Shown here: piece after piece, positions 12,925 through 24,862 of the stretch
How positions within the stretch are numbered: the first letter of the stretch is position 1
Layout: every line of letters begins with the position of its first letter
Source of the DNA: Sarea resinae
Taxonomy: Eukaryota
Direction: 5' to 3'
NCBI GenBank assembly: GCA_026026165.1
Contig: JAPEUD010000035.1
Coordinates: 124,001 to 188,000 of the forward strand
DNA length: 64,000 bases
Made by a program: the position numbers and the translations under genes
The notes under the pieces: generated by a model
Seen by the model: the letters and a program-made list of their open reading frames with translations, nothing else
Database searches by the model: none
Told to the model about the DNA's origin: nothing

Positions 12925-13238
12925 AAAGAAAGTAGAATCTTGATAGCTCTTCTACTATACATCTGTCTGCATATTTATATAGCGTATCTTAGACACCGTA
13001 TGTACTATTCCACTGACACCCTTTCCCGTATGTCTAAGACTAACAATACATGATTTTCTTCGTATCTCTTTTTTCCTATACTAGAGGTGGTTATAAAAAT
13101 ACAATCGCTACGTATCGTTGATCGTCCAGCCATCCATCCGACAAAGGAAATACTGACCAAATTTACAATCGCTTTCGCTCTCGCTCTCCGCTATTTTATA
13201 CCCCCTTGCACCCCCTCTTCTCACTAGGTAGACAACAT

Positions 13239-14631
13239 CTAGGCCTTGCGCTGGAAGACGGCACTGGGCAGCACGGCGTCGTTGCGGAAACTGCTGAGCT
13301 GCGGCGTGCCGGGCGCGGGCGGGGCCGACCACTTGGTCTGCACAAACGTCTTCATGATGCCGAGCTCCTTCTTGTCAAAGGCGGCGTACAGCTCCTTGAA
13401 CTCGTCGATGGCGAAGCGGTGCGACAGGATCAGGGTCGGGTCGAACTCGCCGCTGACCACCTTCTTGAGCAGGTCGTGCCAGTAGTTCTGCACCGGCGCC
13501 TGGCCCGTGCCGCGCAGCGTGATGCCCTTCTCCATCAGCGCGCCGATCAGGAACTGGTTCGTGAGCGCGGCGTAGTCGCCCACGAGCGCGATCGAGCCGA
13601 ATTTCCGCGTCGCCCGCAGTGCCTCGTTGACCACCTCGGACGAGTCCGTCTCGAGCCCGACGGCGCGCTGGACCGAGTGGAGCAGGCCCTTGGTGTAGCG
13701 GAAGGCGGCCGCGTCAATGGACGAGTCGACGCCCTCGGGCTCGAGCTCGTAGATGGCGGCCACCACGTCCTTAGTCTCTTCGAAATTGATGACGTCGACG
13801 CCGATGACGTCCTTGGCCAGCCGCAGACGCTCCGGCACGTGGTCGACGGCGATGATGCGCCGGGCCCCAGCGAGTTTGGCCCACTGGCACGCGTAGAGGC
13901 CGATGGGCCCGAGGCCCCAGATGGCGACGGACTTGCCCTTGGCCACGTCGGCGCACACGGTGGCGTGGTAGGAGGTGGGGATGATGTCGGAGAGGAAGAG
14001 GGCTTTCTCGTCGGGGACGCCGTCGGGGACCTTGAGCAGGTTGGCGTCGGCGATCGGGCACCGACACCACTCGGCTTGGCCGCCGGCGAAACCGCCCGCA
14101 AAGTGCGAATATCCAAACAGACCGGCGAATGGCTTGCCGTAGAGTTTCTCCTGGATGGTCGAGCTGTTGGTGCGATCGCACATGGAGGTGAGGCCCTCTT
14201 TGCAGAAAGAGCATTGGCCGCAGCTGTTCATGTGTTAGTTTGGATCATTCGCAAGCAGCCAGAAAAACGTACGCAATCTGGAACGAGGCGACGACGCGGT
14301 CGCCCTTCTTGAAGTTCTTCACCTCCGGGCCGACCTCGTCGATGACGCCCATCCACTCGTGGCCCAGGATGTCGTTGTCCTGCAATTGCATAATCTCCTT
14401 GTGGTAGAGATGCAGGTCACTTCCACAGATGGTGGTCCCGGTGACCTTGATGATGGCGTCGGTGGGCTCGGTGATGGCGGGCACGCCGACCTCGTCGACG
14501 CTGACGTTCTGGTTTCCGTGCCAGCGGAGCGCCTTCATGGTCTCGCCGGGCCGGGTCAGGGCGACATTGGTGGTGACGGTGGGCCGGTCGCCCAGCTTCT
14601 CCTCGAGCTTGTTGGCGGCAAAGTCGTTCAT
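13239..14631 (-). CDS. Zn-dependent medium-chain alcohol dehydrogenase, formaldehyde-dehydrogenase-like (2 exons, intron 14224-14272)
   Basis: It has TTICGSDLHLYH, LGHEWMG, the structural Zn site CGQCSFCKEGLTSMC, LSDIIPTSYHA and the Rossmann motif IWGLGPIG. Confidence 0.92.
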
Positions 14632-15837
14632 GATGATTTACGTCTGTGATTGAACTTGATGAAGAAGGGTATGATATGGTAGATGATAGTGATGATGATG
14701 AAGATGATGGAGAGGTTGAAGATTCGAGATCATGAACGACATGCTGGGGACAGCCATCTAATATAGCTGTCATCTGGTCGTCTCGGCGGACGGTCGAGGG
14801 CAGTCAGGTTGACGTCACAATGAAGCACGACGAAAAGAATGCAATGGATCTGGCGGATCTACCGCCAAAAGAGTAAGGTGCCGCATCTGGCCATCGAGAC
14901 GTCCGTTCTGCATGACTAGCAGCGCACCCCGTCGATGAAATGGCACTGCGCCGATTCCCATGTTCCCCACCGCAGATTCCTCTCCTGCCCCCGATGCTGC
15001 ACCATCCAGCGACATGTCGGGCAAATCGTGGGCTGCACTGGCCATCTGGCGGAAGGACGGCAACGCCCACAGGCGATCTGCGGGTCTAGAACACCCATGA
15101 CGCGATGCATCCCGCAGTGGAGCGGCACTGCGTCACCGCGACGGTACCGCCGGGCACTTCGAGAACGAGTCCTTGCCGCGCCAGTCTTGGCGGCGAGGGA
15201 CTCGTCGACAGGTATCCTGCACGTCCCGGCCACTGCATCATCACTACGCAGCACCGCACACCAACCTAATCTGACCTCATCCATCGACCTCTCTCGCGCT
15301 CAACAGGCCACCGCCCCCATCTCCTCCCCCATCTCCTCCCGACGCACGTCCATGGCATTCGAACATGCCCATGGCAAATCGCCCATCGGTGGCCGACAAC
15401 CGTCGCTAGTGCCCACGTCTCCTCCTGGAGTCCAGTGCTCCTCCGTAAAGACCCCGTCTACTCTACATAGTACACCAGATTACCTTATTCTGGCCCGAAC
15501 CATGACCGGCCTGAGAATGACTGAGGTGCCTACACTAGGACGCGACGTCAGGCACCGACAGGGACTGCAGCCAAATAGCCGTTGCTCGTTCCACCCTTCT
15601 ACCGTGCCGTCATCGTCTCTGTCATCATGTACTGAACTAGATCACCCGTGTAGATGGAACGCGGTACTTTTCAATCATAGTAGATTTTTCCATGACTCTT
15701 CAATCATGCAGAATGCTTTGCCCCGCCCCAAGGAAAATGGAAAAACCAGCCAACCCCCTGCAACGGTGCAACGATGCAACGGTGCAACGGGCAACACGAC
15801 GCGCGACGAGAGTAGTAGGATCAAGAAAATAAAAAGA

Positions 15838-18800
15838 TTAAGCGACGGATCCAATCACCAGCGCGGCTACGCCTTCCTCCTCGCTTCGCACCGAGATCTT
15901 GGTCGTGACCCCGGTCTTGGTCGAGAACACCATCTTCACCAACGCCGCCACCTTGCCTCCCGACACCGTCTTGCCGTACAGCTTCAGCGTATGCGTGCTG
16001 GGACTGAGCGTGATGTCGCTGCCCTCCAACGGCTGGAGGGAGAGCGCTTTGGTCAGTTGCTCGGTAGCCTCTGGATCGTCATATTAGCCATGCTCGTGCC
16101 AGACGCACAATCGAAACGTACCCGCTATGCTCTTCATGTTGCTCAACTGCAACGTCTCTTGGGCCTCCTCGCCCTGAGCACCAGTCTGCTCCCAGACGTG
16201 ATCAAAGCTGCCCGCAAAGGCCGGCATCACGTAGTCACCGCCCGCCAGATCCAAATCCTCAACCTCATATTCGTCATCATATCCGGTCTCCTCGGGCTCG
16301 CCCGTAGTGGGATCGACCTCCTTGCTGGTGAATTTCAAGACGTTCGTGAAGCTGGTCGCGGGATACGAGTTCTCGCCATCCAGACGCTTGAACGAAATGT
16401 AGACCGTTCCAGGTTCATTAGTGGACAGCTTTGACACGGGAATGATGAAATCTTCTTCTAGCGCCACTTCGTTGTCCTCTGAGGGGGTGGCGACGACAGA
16501 CACCTCTTCCAAGACAGTATCTGGTAGCGTGTTCTTGACATCGTATTGCAAGACGATGTGCTCCTTGAATATGTGCTTGACCGCGGTGACGACGTACTCG
16601 GTCTCGGATTCCGTAAGCTCGACAGCCGGAGAGGATTTCAGGAGCATGCCGTAGGCCTTGATCTCGGGAATCTGTAAGAGTTGTTGCGCGTATTGCTGAG
16701 TAGATGCTGTAGCAGAGGAGACGGCATCCACGCCACCCTTGGCCGGTGCCTTTGTTGGACCGGTCTTGGGCGCCTTGAGGGTGGGTGTCGCGCTTGTAAG
16801 CTTCTTCGTCCGGTCTTCGGCATCGGCCTGTTCGCGCGTAACGATAGGAATGCTGTTCAGGTCGAAGGGTGTGCTGAAAGTTGCCTTGTCATCTGCGGTG
16901 ACGTACATCACAAGTTGATGCTCAAAGATCGGCAGTGAGAACATGGAGTCTAAAAATCAGTCAGGCGGTTCTTTATCAGATGTGGTAGGCTTACCATTCT
17001 TGATAAATCTTTCAGCTAGATCATCCTTTTCGTTCATCAAACTCAGGTTCAATACGGCACGATCCCGGACCTCGTCGTCGGTGTCGTCAAGGCAACGGGT
17101 GAGCAAGACATTGACACTGCGCTTGACCTCGGGATCTTTCTGCCCGACGCCGAATTTCGCCAGCGCAGTGACTGCGGCCGCCCTGACGACCGAGTTCTCT
17201 AGGACGACTCTGTTGTAGATGTAGCGAATGTACTTGGTTGGATGAGACGTCTTGGGACCCTCGACACCGAGGAGATGCAAGATCCGTACAGCAAGCTTCG
17301 TAAATTCGCAGTCTTCGATGAATTCGCACAGATGTGCAAGAGCTTTTCAGGTCAGCCAAGAACAGAAGAGACTCCAATGAAACTTCTTACCGTCTTCCTT
17401 GCTCTCCGGCACGAACTTGATCAAGTCAAACATGCTCTCGACAACACTCCTCTTGAATTCGTAACCGCCTTCATCGCGAAGGATCCCGCTCAGGAACGTG
17501 AGCATACCAGCTTGCTTGCTGGGGAACTTCAGGCACAAGGTTCGGATGGCCTCGACAATCGTGATCTTGAACTCGTCTGTAATATCGGCCATGAAACCCG
17601 AGATCTGCTTCATCAACCGGTCGACGCTGGACTCGTTACCCGTCTTCAGGAGAGTCGTAACGGCAAAGGTAGCAATAGATCGATTGCTGTTCGAGATCAG
17701 GAGCTCGATGTCGGGATTGCAGCCACGGACGGCGTCGGGCTTGAATGAAGCAAAGTTGTGTAGAATGCGGATGGCGGCGAATTTGGTGACGGCACGAGGA
17801 GACGTCAGGAAGAGCTGCAGAACATGAATGGCCTGAGTGACTTCGGCATCCGTCACATCCCTCATGTCGCAGATGGCCTTGGCGGCTTCGAAGTTGACCA
17901 TCTCGCTCTTGTGTCTCAACCATCCGTCGAGGAGCTGCATCATTGGCTTCCGCAGAGATTGATCCTCCTCGGCCAGCTTCGCGGCCAACCGCACCAACAT
18001 GACCATAGCAGCCGGGCTCTTGACCACTCCCGCAGCACCAAATTGTTGGACCATCTTCACCAAAGCCATCCTATCATGCGAGCGCATCTGATACAAAAGG
18101 CCAATAGCGTGGTACTGTGTCATGAAGTTCGTGTTCGCGGCAGCCAGAGACTGATGACTTCCCGAGCCAGAGAAGCCCAGCGAGAAGCCGGCCGACGACT
18201 TGGCCGAAGAGGCAGCTTCTTGAGTCTCGCTCTGCCATCGGCGCACGACATCGCGGGCAATAGGGAGCAGGTGGTACGAGGAGACCAGCGCAGCGGAGGA
18301 AACGGAAGGAGTCTTGTCCACGATGGCGGTTTTGATCAGTCGTTCAATCGCCTGAACAGTTGTGGCCTGCATGCCACGTTAATGAGGGTCTTCAGCCATC
18401 AAAAGGGACCACGTACGTCTATGATCCTGCACAATGCTCGAATTGCGTTGGCTCTGTAGAGGACATCACTCCCAACGGCGGTATCCTTCATGATACTGCT
18501 TGTGACCATGATGACATCCTCGGCCGTATTTGCAAGTTCCTTGATGATGAGGTAGACCATCTGCCGGAGACTGGGGTCTTTGTTCTGGAAGAGCTTCGAG
18601 ATGCCGAAGAAGAGGGAGGTGGCCTCGCTGGTGGGGAATCGCTCGCCGGTGAAGAGGAGCAGAGCAATCTTCGTGAGGAGGATTCGGCATCTTCGCGGTG
18701 AGATGGGCGAGGTGTTGAATAGGCGTGCTGGAGAGGTGCGGTGAGCATCTTCACAAAGGGGGGACCGAGCCGGTGTTCTCTACCTTCTTGGAAGACGGAC

Positions 18801-18859
18801 GTGCGGTCCACCTTGACTATTGCCTGATCGGCATCTTCGTCCTTCTTGCCGTAACTCAT
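15838..18859 (-). CDS. SEC21: Coatomer (COPI) gamma subunit (~6 exons)
   Basis: [99 protein letters not shown] and [11 protein letters not shown] are all gamma-COP motifs. Confidence 0.96.
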
Positions 18860-19485
18860 CGTGACTGGAGTGAGTCGATATGCTGCGTACGGAGGGGTCC
18901 ACAGGTGCCGGCCACAGCTGACAGCGGGCCCACCGAGTCGTGAGGTTGAGTGATGGAGATGTGTCTGCGTCTCAATTCGGACTGGATTGCTCCAATATGG
19001 CACGACGGAAGTCTAACGCATCAAAGGGCAGAAGGAGTGAGAAGCCGGCGGATCTCAACGAGGTGGACAATTGACGCCGGGAGGAGGGTGCATGGGGCAG
19101 CTATTGCTACTATTGTATTGATGTTTCGTTGATCGACCGGTCTCCCTGTCGCGAACTTTGTGGGTGTAGTCGAGCTGTAGCAGTGTGGGCTGCCTGGGTC
19201 CAAGTCACTTGCCATACAAAACTGGGTGGGCAGTGACATGCCAGGAGAAGAAGCCACTGGGCCACTTCCCGGTCCGACAGGTACGGGGACGCATGCGTAT
19301 TTCTTGGCATTCATCGATGGTGTATTGATATATCTGACCTGGCCGAGGGCACCCCACTACGGTACAAATATCAAATATCAGATATCAATTGATCAGTCTG
19401 TCCAGCTTCTTGTCTCTACCATTGAGCATTTCTCCAACTCCCCAAATATTCCAGACCTCTACAGTCGATCCACGTATCCGCCAAG

Positions 19486-20383
19486 ATGGACATGCCCGTA
19501 AATGTCCCCGTCGACGACCCCAACGCCGACACAGAATGGTAACCCTCTTCCCTGTCCCCCAAAAACCCCCAAAAGAAAGCTCGAATCTAACATCTTACCG
19601 TTAGGAATGACATTCTCCGCAAACACGGCGTCATTCCCGAGAAGCCGCCCTCCCCAACCCCAATAATCGAAGAGGCACTCGAAGAAGCGCGCCGCCTGGC
19701 GCACGAGAACCGCCTCGAAGGCAAAGACATTGACGAGCTGGACGAGCTCGAGGACGAGGAAGACGAGGAATTCCTCCAGAAATACCGGTACGCTATTTGA
19801 CCCCCCTTTTAGTCTCCGGCAACTCCACCCCCCTTTCATGAAGCATCCCACTAATTCCAGAAACAGCCAACAGCGGCTACAAGAGCTCTCCACCATTACC
19901 AATGCCTCCATCTACAACGCCGTCTACCCGCTCCAAAAGCCCGACTACGCGCGCGACGTGACGGAAGCATCGCACAAAGCGTACGTCGTCGTGCACCTGA
20001 CCTCGTCGCTGGGCACGAACACGGAATCGCGGCTGCTGACCGAGCTCTTCCGCGACCTGGCCCGCAAGTTCGGTGATGTCAAGTTCTGCGAGATCCGCGC
20101 CGACATGTGCATCGAGGGCTACCCGGAGCGCAACACGCCGACGGTGCTCGTCTACCGCGACGGCGATATCAAGAGGCAGATCGTCACGCTGGCGGAGCTT
20201 AGGGGTCCGCGGACCGGCCTCGAGGATCTCCAGAGGGTGCTCGTGGAAGTCGGCGCCGTCAAGCAGAGCGACCCCCGTGTGCAGCCGAAGAACCAAGAAG
20301 AGGACGGCAATGGGACGGCGCGATCGGGTCTCAGGGGCGCACAGAAGGCTTCTGTAGAGGACGAGGATGACGATTGGGACTGA
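19486..20383 (+). CDS. PLP2: Phosducin-like protein Plp2/PDCL3 (CCT co-chaperone), 3 exons
   Basis: MDMPVNVPVDDPNADTEW|NDILRKHGVIPEKPPSP..ELEDEEDEEFLQKYR|QQRLQEL..VKFCEI..CIEGYPERNTPTVLVYRDG matches the PDCL3/Plp2 signature. Confidence 0.92.
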
Positions 20384-20599
20384 ACCAGTGGCTGCAGATT
20401 CGGCTTTGTTGAAGGTCTTTTGCCTGAGGGGGAGTCCTTCGTACGCGGGTGAGGGAGAGTACTTCATACAACGGGGAGGGATGCAGCGGGACAGAGAAGA
20501 GAGTGGAGAGAAGTGATGGCACCCATCCGCCCACCCCTTTACCCACCTACCCGCCTAATTTAATGGCATCTATATTCATCACCAAGGGCGCGAGCATCC

Positions 20600-21700
20600 A
20601 TCAAAAGACCATCTCACCCCACCCTACCACCATCACCAGCACCACTATCAATGCTCCATCGACGCGCACGAGCATATATCAAATATCACCTCTACCACTG
20701 CCACCGCTGTTACCCCTAAGATTACCACTACGATTACCACCACTATAACCACCACTATTACCACCACTACCGCCACCGACACTGCCGCAACCACCACTAC
20801 CATTACCACCACTCCCGCCACCGACACTATTACCACCACCAACACTACCGCAAGGCCTCTATCAATAACCACCACCCCCCAACCCTTAAACCTCACCTCA
20901 CCTCACCTCACGACTGACCTCTCCCCTCGATCGCATCCACAGACACTATCAATCAATCCCCTAAAAATCCAATCCACAAACCTTAGGCTAATAGTTTGCA
21001 CACCTTAACCCTCTCTCTCTATACTGTACAATTATACTCTACACACCACACCTTACATCTTACTCTATACTCTAGATTCTACACCCTCCACCCTACCCCC
21101 TACCTTGCACCTTGCACCTCACATCTCTTACCCTATACCCTACACCTCACACCCTACACACATACGAAAACAACCACTACCCCCCTTAGCCACAAGGCAC
21201 TACACCTCTTTAAAAACAACCAAAAATCCTCGCATCTTCAAAACAAGCCTATGAGATTTATACAAAGGCTTTTTATCAGCTACCTGAGGTGTAGAAGGGT
21301 CTTCAGAGTGTCTATGGATGTACGTTTCTACATTGATGTATGAATGTATGCATGGATGTGTATTCTAAGCAAGCAAGAAAGAAAGTGTATGAGAGAAAAA
21401 AGAGTCCGAGAGAGAGAGAGAGGGAGGTGGATAGATAGATATAATAGATAGAGAGATCAATCTTTTCATTTGCTCTTCCCACGTTCTAGCTTCTGCTTTA
21501 TCTTCTTGTTTCCCCTTTTTTCTTTCTTCTTTCTTCTCCCCCCTTCCTCTCCTCTCTAGATAGATAGATAGATAGATAGATAACTACCTGACTACCTTCT
21601 AAGTAAACAACGAGTCCACCCAACCTATATCGACTCTCCCCTATCCTACTCTCCTCTCCTCTCCTCTCCTCAATTCAGCTCAGCTTAGTTCAGCCCAGAA
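20600..21700. repeat. Low-complexity intergenic tract: degenerate (ACC)n, (CCTCA)n, (AG)n, (TAGA)n, (CTCTC)n
   Basis: Direct reading; it lies between the convergent 3' ends of PLP2 and the bZIP gene. Confidence 0.8.
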
Positions 21701-22416
21701 GAGCGAGACCACCCCGACGACAACGTCAGCGACAACGACGACAAAAGCGACAAAAAGCCTATCCAAGAAAAAACCCTAGCCCATAAAACGCCTCCCTCGC
21801 CGGCATCCCATCCGCTATATCTCCAGAAAGCCGACTGACTGATCGATTGATTGAGCGAGCATTGGTCTGAAAAAAACAACGAGACCACAAAAGAAGAAGA
21901 GGAAAACGAACAACAAAAACCAACTAAGGAGAGAGGACCCATCTGTGCAAGTGGGGGGAAAGAAGAAAAGGGGAAAAGAAGAAAAAGCGGAAAGAGACTA
22001 AAGGAAACAAAGGGGGAATCGATCGAGAAAGATTATATAGAAAAGAGAAAGCGGTGATTCGAGAAAGGAGGGATCTTTTTCTCTGCTCTGCAACAAATGA
22101 TGCAGTATAATAGTGAGGAGAAATAGCCAGGGGTATAAGGAAAAAGAAGGGGGAGATCCGGATCCCATATCGGAAGCCTATGCGAAAATGAAAGGGAAAG
22201 TGAGAGTGAGAGTGAGAGTGAGCGAATGTGTGAGAAGATCGAGATGCCAGCGACAAGAAAATACAACAGTAAACCCCCCCTTTCCCTTCCCATATGTGCC
22301 TATGCCTCAGCATGTGCCTGTGCCTTTGCCATTGCCTTGTCCATCCACGGTATATAGCCAACAAAAGAAGAATAGATATAAGAAAGCCTTGAAGCGTCAC
22401 AGCCCCGCCCGAGCCG

Positions 22417-23440
22417 TCATATCAGCTCATCGTTGCCACTCGCCGCACTCCCCTCAATCGCCTCCTGAATATCACACTCCTCGAAGACGGGCCCCTGTCC
22501 ATCGCACTGTGCGACCTTCTTGAGCCGCTCGCACACGTTCCCGATGTCGACCAAGCCGCGCTTGAAGAGTGCATGATCCTGGATCAGGTCCCACGTCGCG
22601 CCCGCAGCAAGCAGCCGCTCGCCCGTCTTTTCCGACACGGTGATGCGATGGCTGGGCCCGCGGTCCGGATGGCTTTCTTGGCGCATATTCGTGTAGAAGT
22701 CGACGGGCGAATAGGACATGGGGCCTACGACCGAGGGGCTGGACTCGTGATGGCCGAGGTAATTCGATGACGAGCCATTATGGTGCGAGCTTGTGGCGCG
22801 GAGGATCTCGTTCTCGGTGGCGACCTTCTGGAGTTCGCGCTTGAGACGCTCGTTGTCGGCGTGTAGGGAGTTGGAGGCTTGTTCGAGAGAGGATAGTTTT
22901 TGCTCGAGTTCCTTGACATGGCGTTCTTTGCGCTCGCGGAAGGCGCGTTGCCTGGAGGCCGGAAGATGACAGCGTTAGTATAGGTTACTTGTGGACGGGA
23001 CGCGTGTGAGGGAAAGACATTCAATGACGCACGCTGCTCTGTTCTGTGCCTTTCGCCGCGACTGCGCCGGGGTCATGGATTCCTTCTCCTCGCTGCTGCT
23101 TCTTCGGGCCTGCTCCTGGTCAAAGTCGACGCTGATGCCGCTGTCTCCGTTATTGAGAGATGCGGGTGGATTGGGGTTGGACTCCGGTGGAGTGTGCCCA
23201 ACGACCCGATCATTCTCAAACTGCTTGTACTGCTCATAGTTCTGGAAAGCTTGGTTGTAGTGATCCTGGATAGGGGATTAGCCGGGTTCACGATGATGGA
23301 AGAATCGAGAGACAAACATTCAATGGCGAGGAACCGTTGCTGTATTCTTCGGGGTGGAGCGGATGCGTATGAGCGGGAGTCGGGGGAAGGCCGATAAACT
23401 GATATGGTTGAGGAGGGGCAGTGAAGTAGGAATAATCCAT
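22417..23440 (-). CDS. rsmA: Yap-like bZIP transcription factor, RsmA/Fcr3/Yap3 type (3 exons)
   Basis: MDYSYF..QFIGLPPTP|...MTPAQSRRKAQNRAA|QRAFRERKERHVKELEQKL (AP-1 basic region plus zipper) and the C-terminal ERLL.AGATWDLIQ.H.LFKRGLVDIG.V.ERLK..AQCDGQGPVFEE domain. An in-frame ATG also lies at 23452. Confidence 0.85.
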
Positions 23441-24862
23441 GACGCCCGACATGCATCAGACTGCCGGTTGAGTGTAGTGAAGAGCGCTCAGGAGTCCTCT
23501 ACAACGAGCCGAGGATGGTCAACAACGCCGGTGCAAGTCATCCAAGTCGAGCTGTGCGCCGAGGTGCACGTATCGGGAGCGAGAAGTTGACGAGGAGATG
23601 GGCTGAGAGCTGATGGCAAATGCGGAGAAAGAATCGAGGCCGTCACAGCTGGAGGCGGCGCTGACAAGGTGTCAGCCACCCTTCTCCCACGACGAGATCC
23701 TCCTGTGGCGGCGTGAGCGGTATGATTCGACGAGATGCGGTGTATTCTAGGGCCTGTTGGTGGTAGGGGAGCAGAATGGTGGAGGGAGCGGCGGCGGCGG
23801 CGGTGGTGGTGGTATGTGCGTTCGAAAGCCTCTTGGACGCTGTACTGTATATCCGACGACTGGTGCATTTGTAGTCTACTAACTTCTTCTAGAGGGTAGA
23901 AAGACACTGCGGATGATCTGCAAGTGCCAGTGCCAGTGCAAGTGCCAAGCGGGGGTGGGGGCATTGTCATCTGGTCAATTGGCCAACTTTCAACTTCCAA
24001 CTTCCAACTTGCCAACCTGTCCACTGGTCCAGGCAAATGGATTCACATCGAGGAGAGAGCAAGTATTCGTATACTCCTACAGATGACCATCGCCTGTGGT
24101 GCTTTTGTCCTGCGTGCTTTCCCGATCAATTGGACGCCTCGAACAGTCGCGGGCAGGGCGCTTACACCCTGGCTCGGCAGGGCCGAAACGGGGCCCCCGG
24201 GCGGAGCTGATTTGGGATTTACGTAGTGGAGAGTCCCACAGATTTCTTGCATCTGTTCTGGTCACCACATGAGATTGCCAGGGTACGGCAAGCCGTATAC
24301 GGTACCCCCCTCTCATCCCTCATCGAGGAGGCAGCACTGGTACACTTTCGGCAAAGATCGATACTGATTCTGGACTCGTGGTATCATTCTACGAAGCTAC
24401 GGTACAGTGCGGAAGCAGAATTTCAGATGGAATCAGACCGAGAAAAGAGCTGGCCCATGAGAAGCCAAAGGGTAGGAGACAAAAGGAGAGAAAGAAGAAA
24501 TGCAACCAGCGCGGACAATGATCAAGTCCCAGAGGAATGAAGAGAGATAGGAAAGGGACAGATGAACAGAAGAGAAGAGAAGAGAAAAATGATAGATGTG
24601 TTTTCCCGGACCGCTTCAAAGCAGGCCTGCGCCTCGAATGGGTAAATCACCAGGACATGTTGGTACTGTACAGTGTGGTGCTATATATCAGAAGAACGAT
24701 TGCTGCGCTGAAGGCCACATCCTTTGCCAATCAGCCACGAACCAAAAGCAACAAGGCAATTAATCAGGCTTGAAGAAGAGCGGCATCGAAGAGACCAAAG
24801 AGGTGAACGCCGTGCAAAGACTCATGTTCCATCGTATCCGTCAAAGAAATTCCGTCCTCTGA

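Noticed and set aside
13224..13241. Stop-codon readthrough to a cryptic peroxisomal signal in the dehydrogenase
   Set aside because: The stop is TAG followed by ATG TTG TCT ACC TAG, with no readthrough context and no PTS1.
13206..14312. 368-aa + strand ORF
   Set aside because: Antisense shadow of the GC3-rich dehydrogenase.
14935..16434. 499-aa + strand ORF
   Set aside because: Its 3' part is antisense to SEC21 and the rest covers the GC-rich dehydrogenase promoter. It has no motifs and an Arg/Ser-rich shadow composition.
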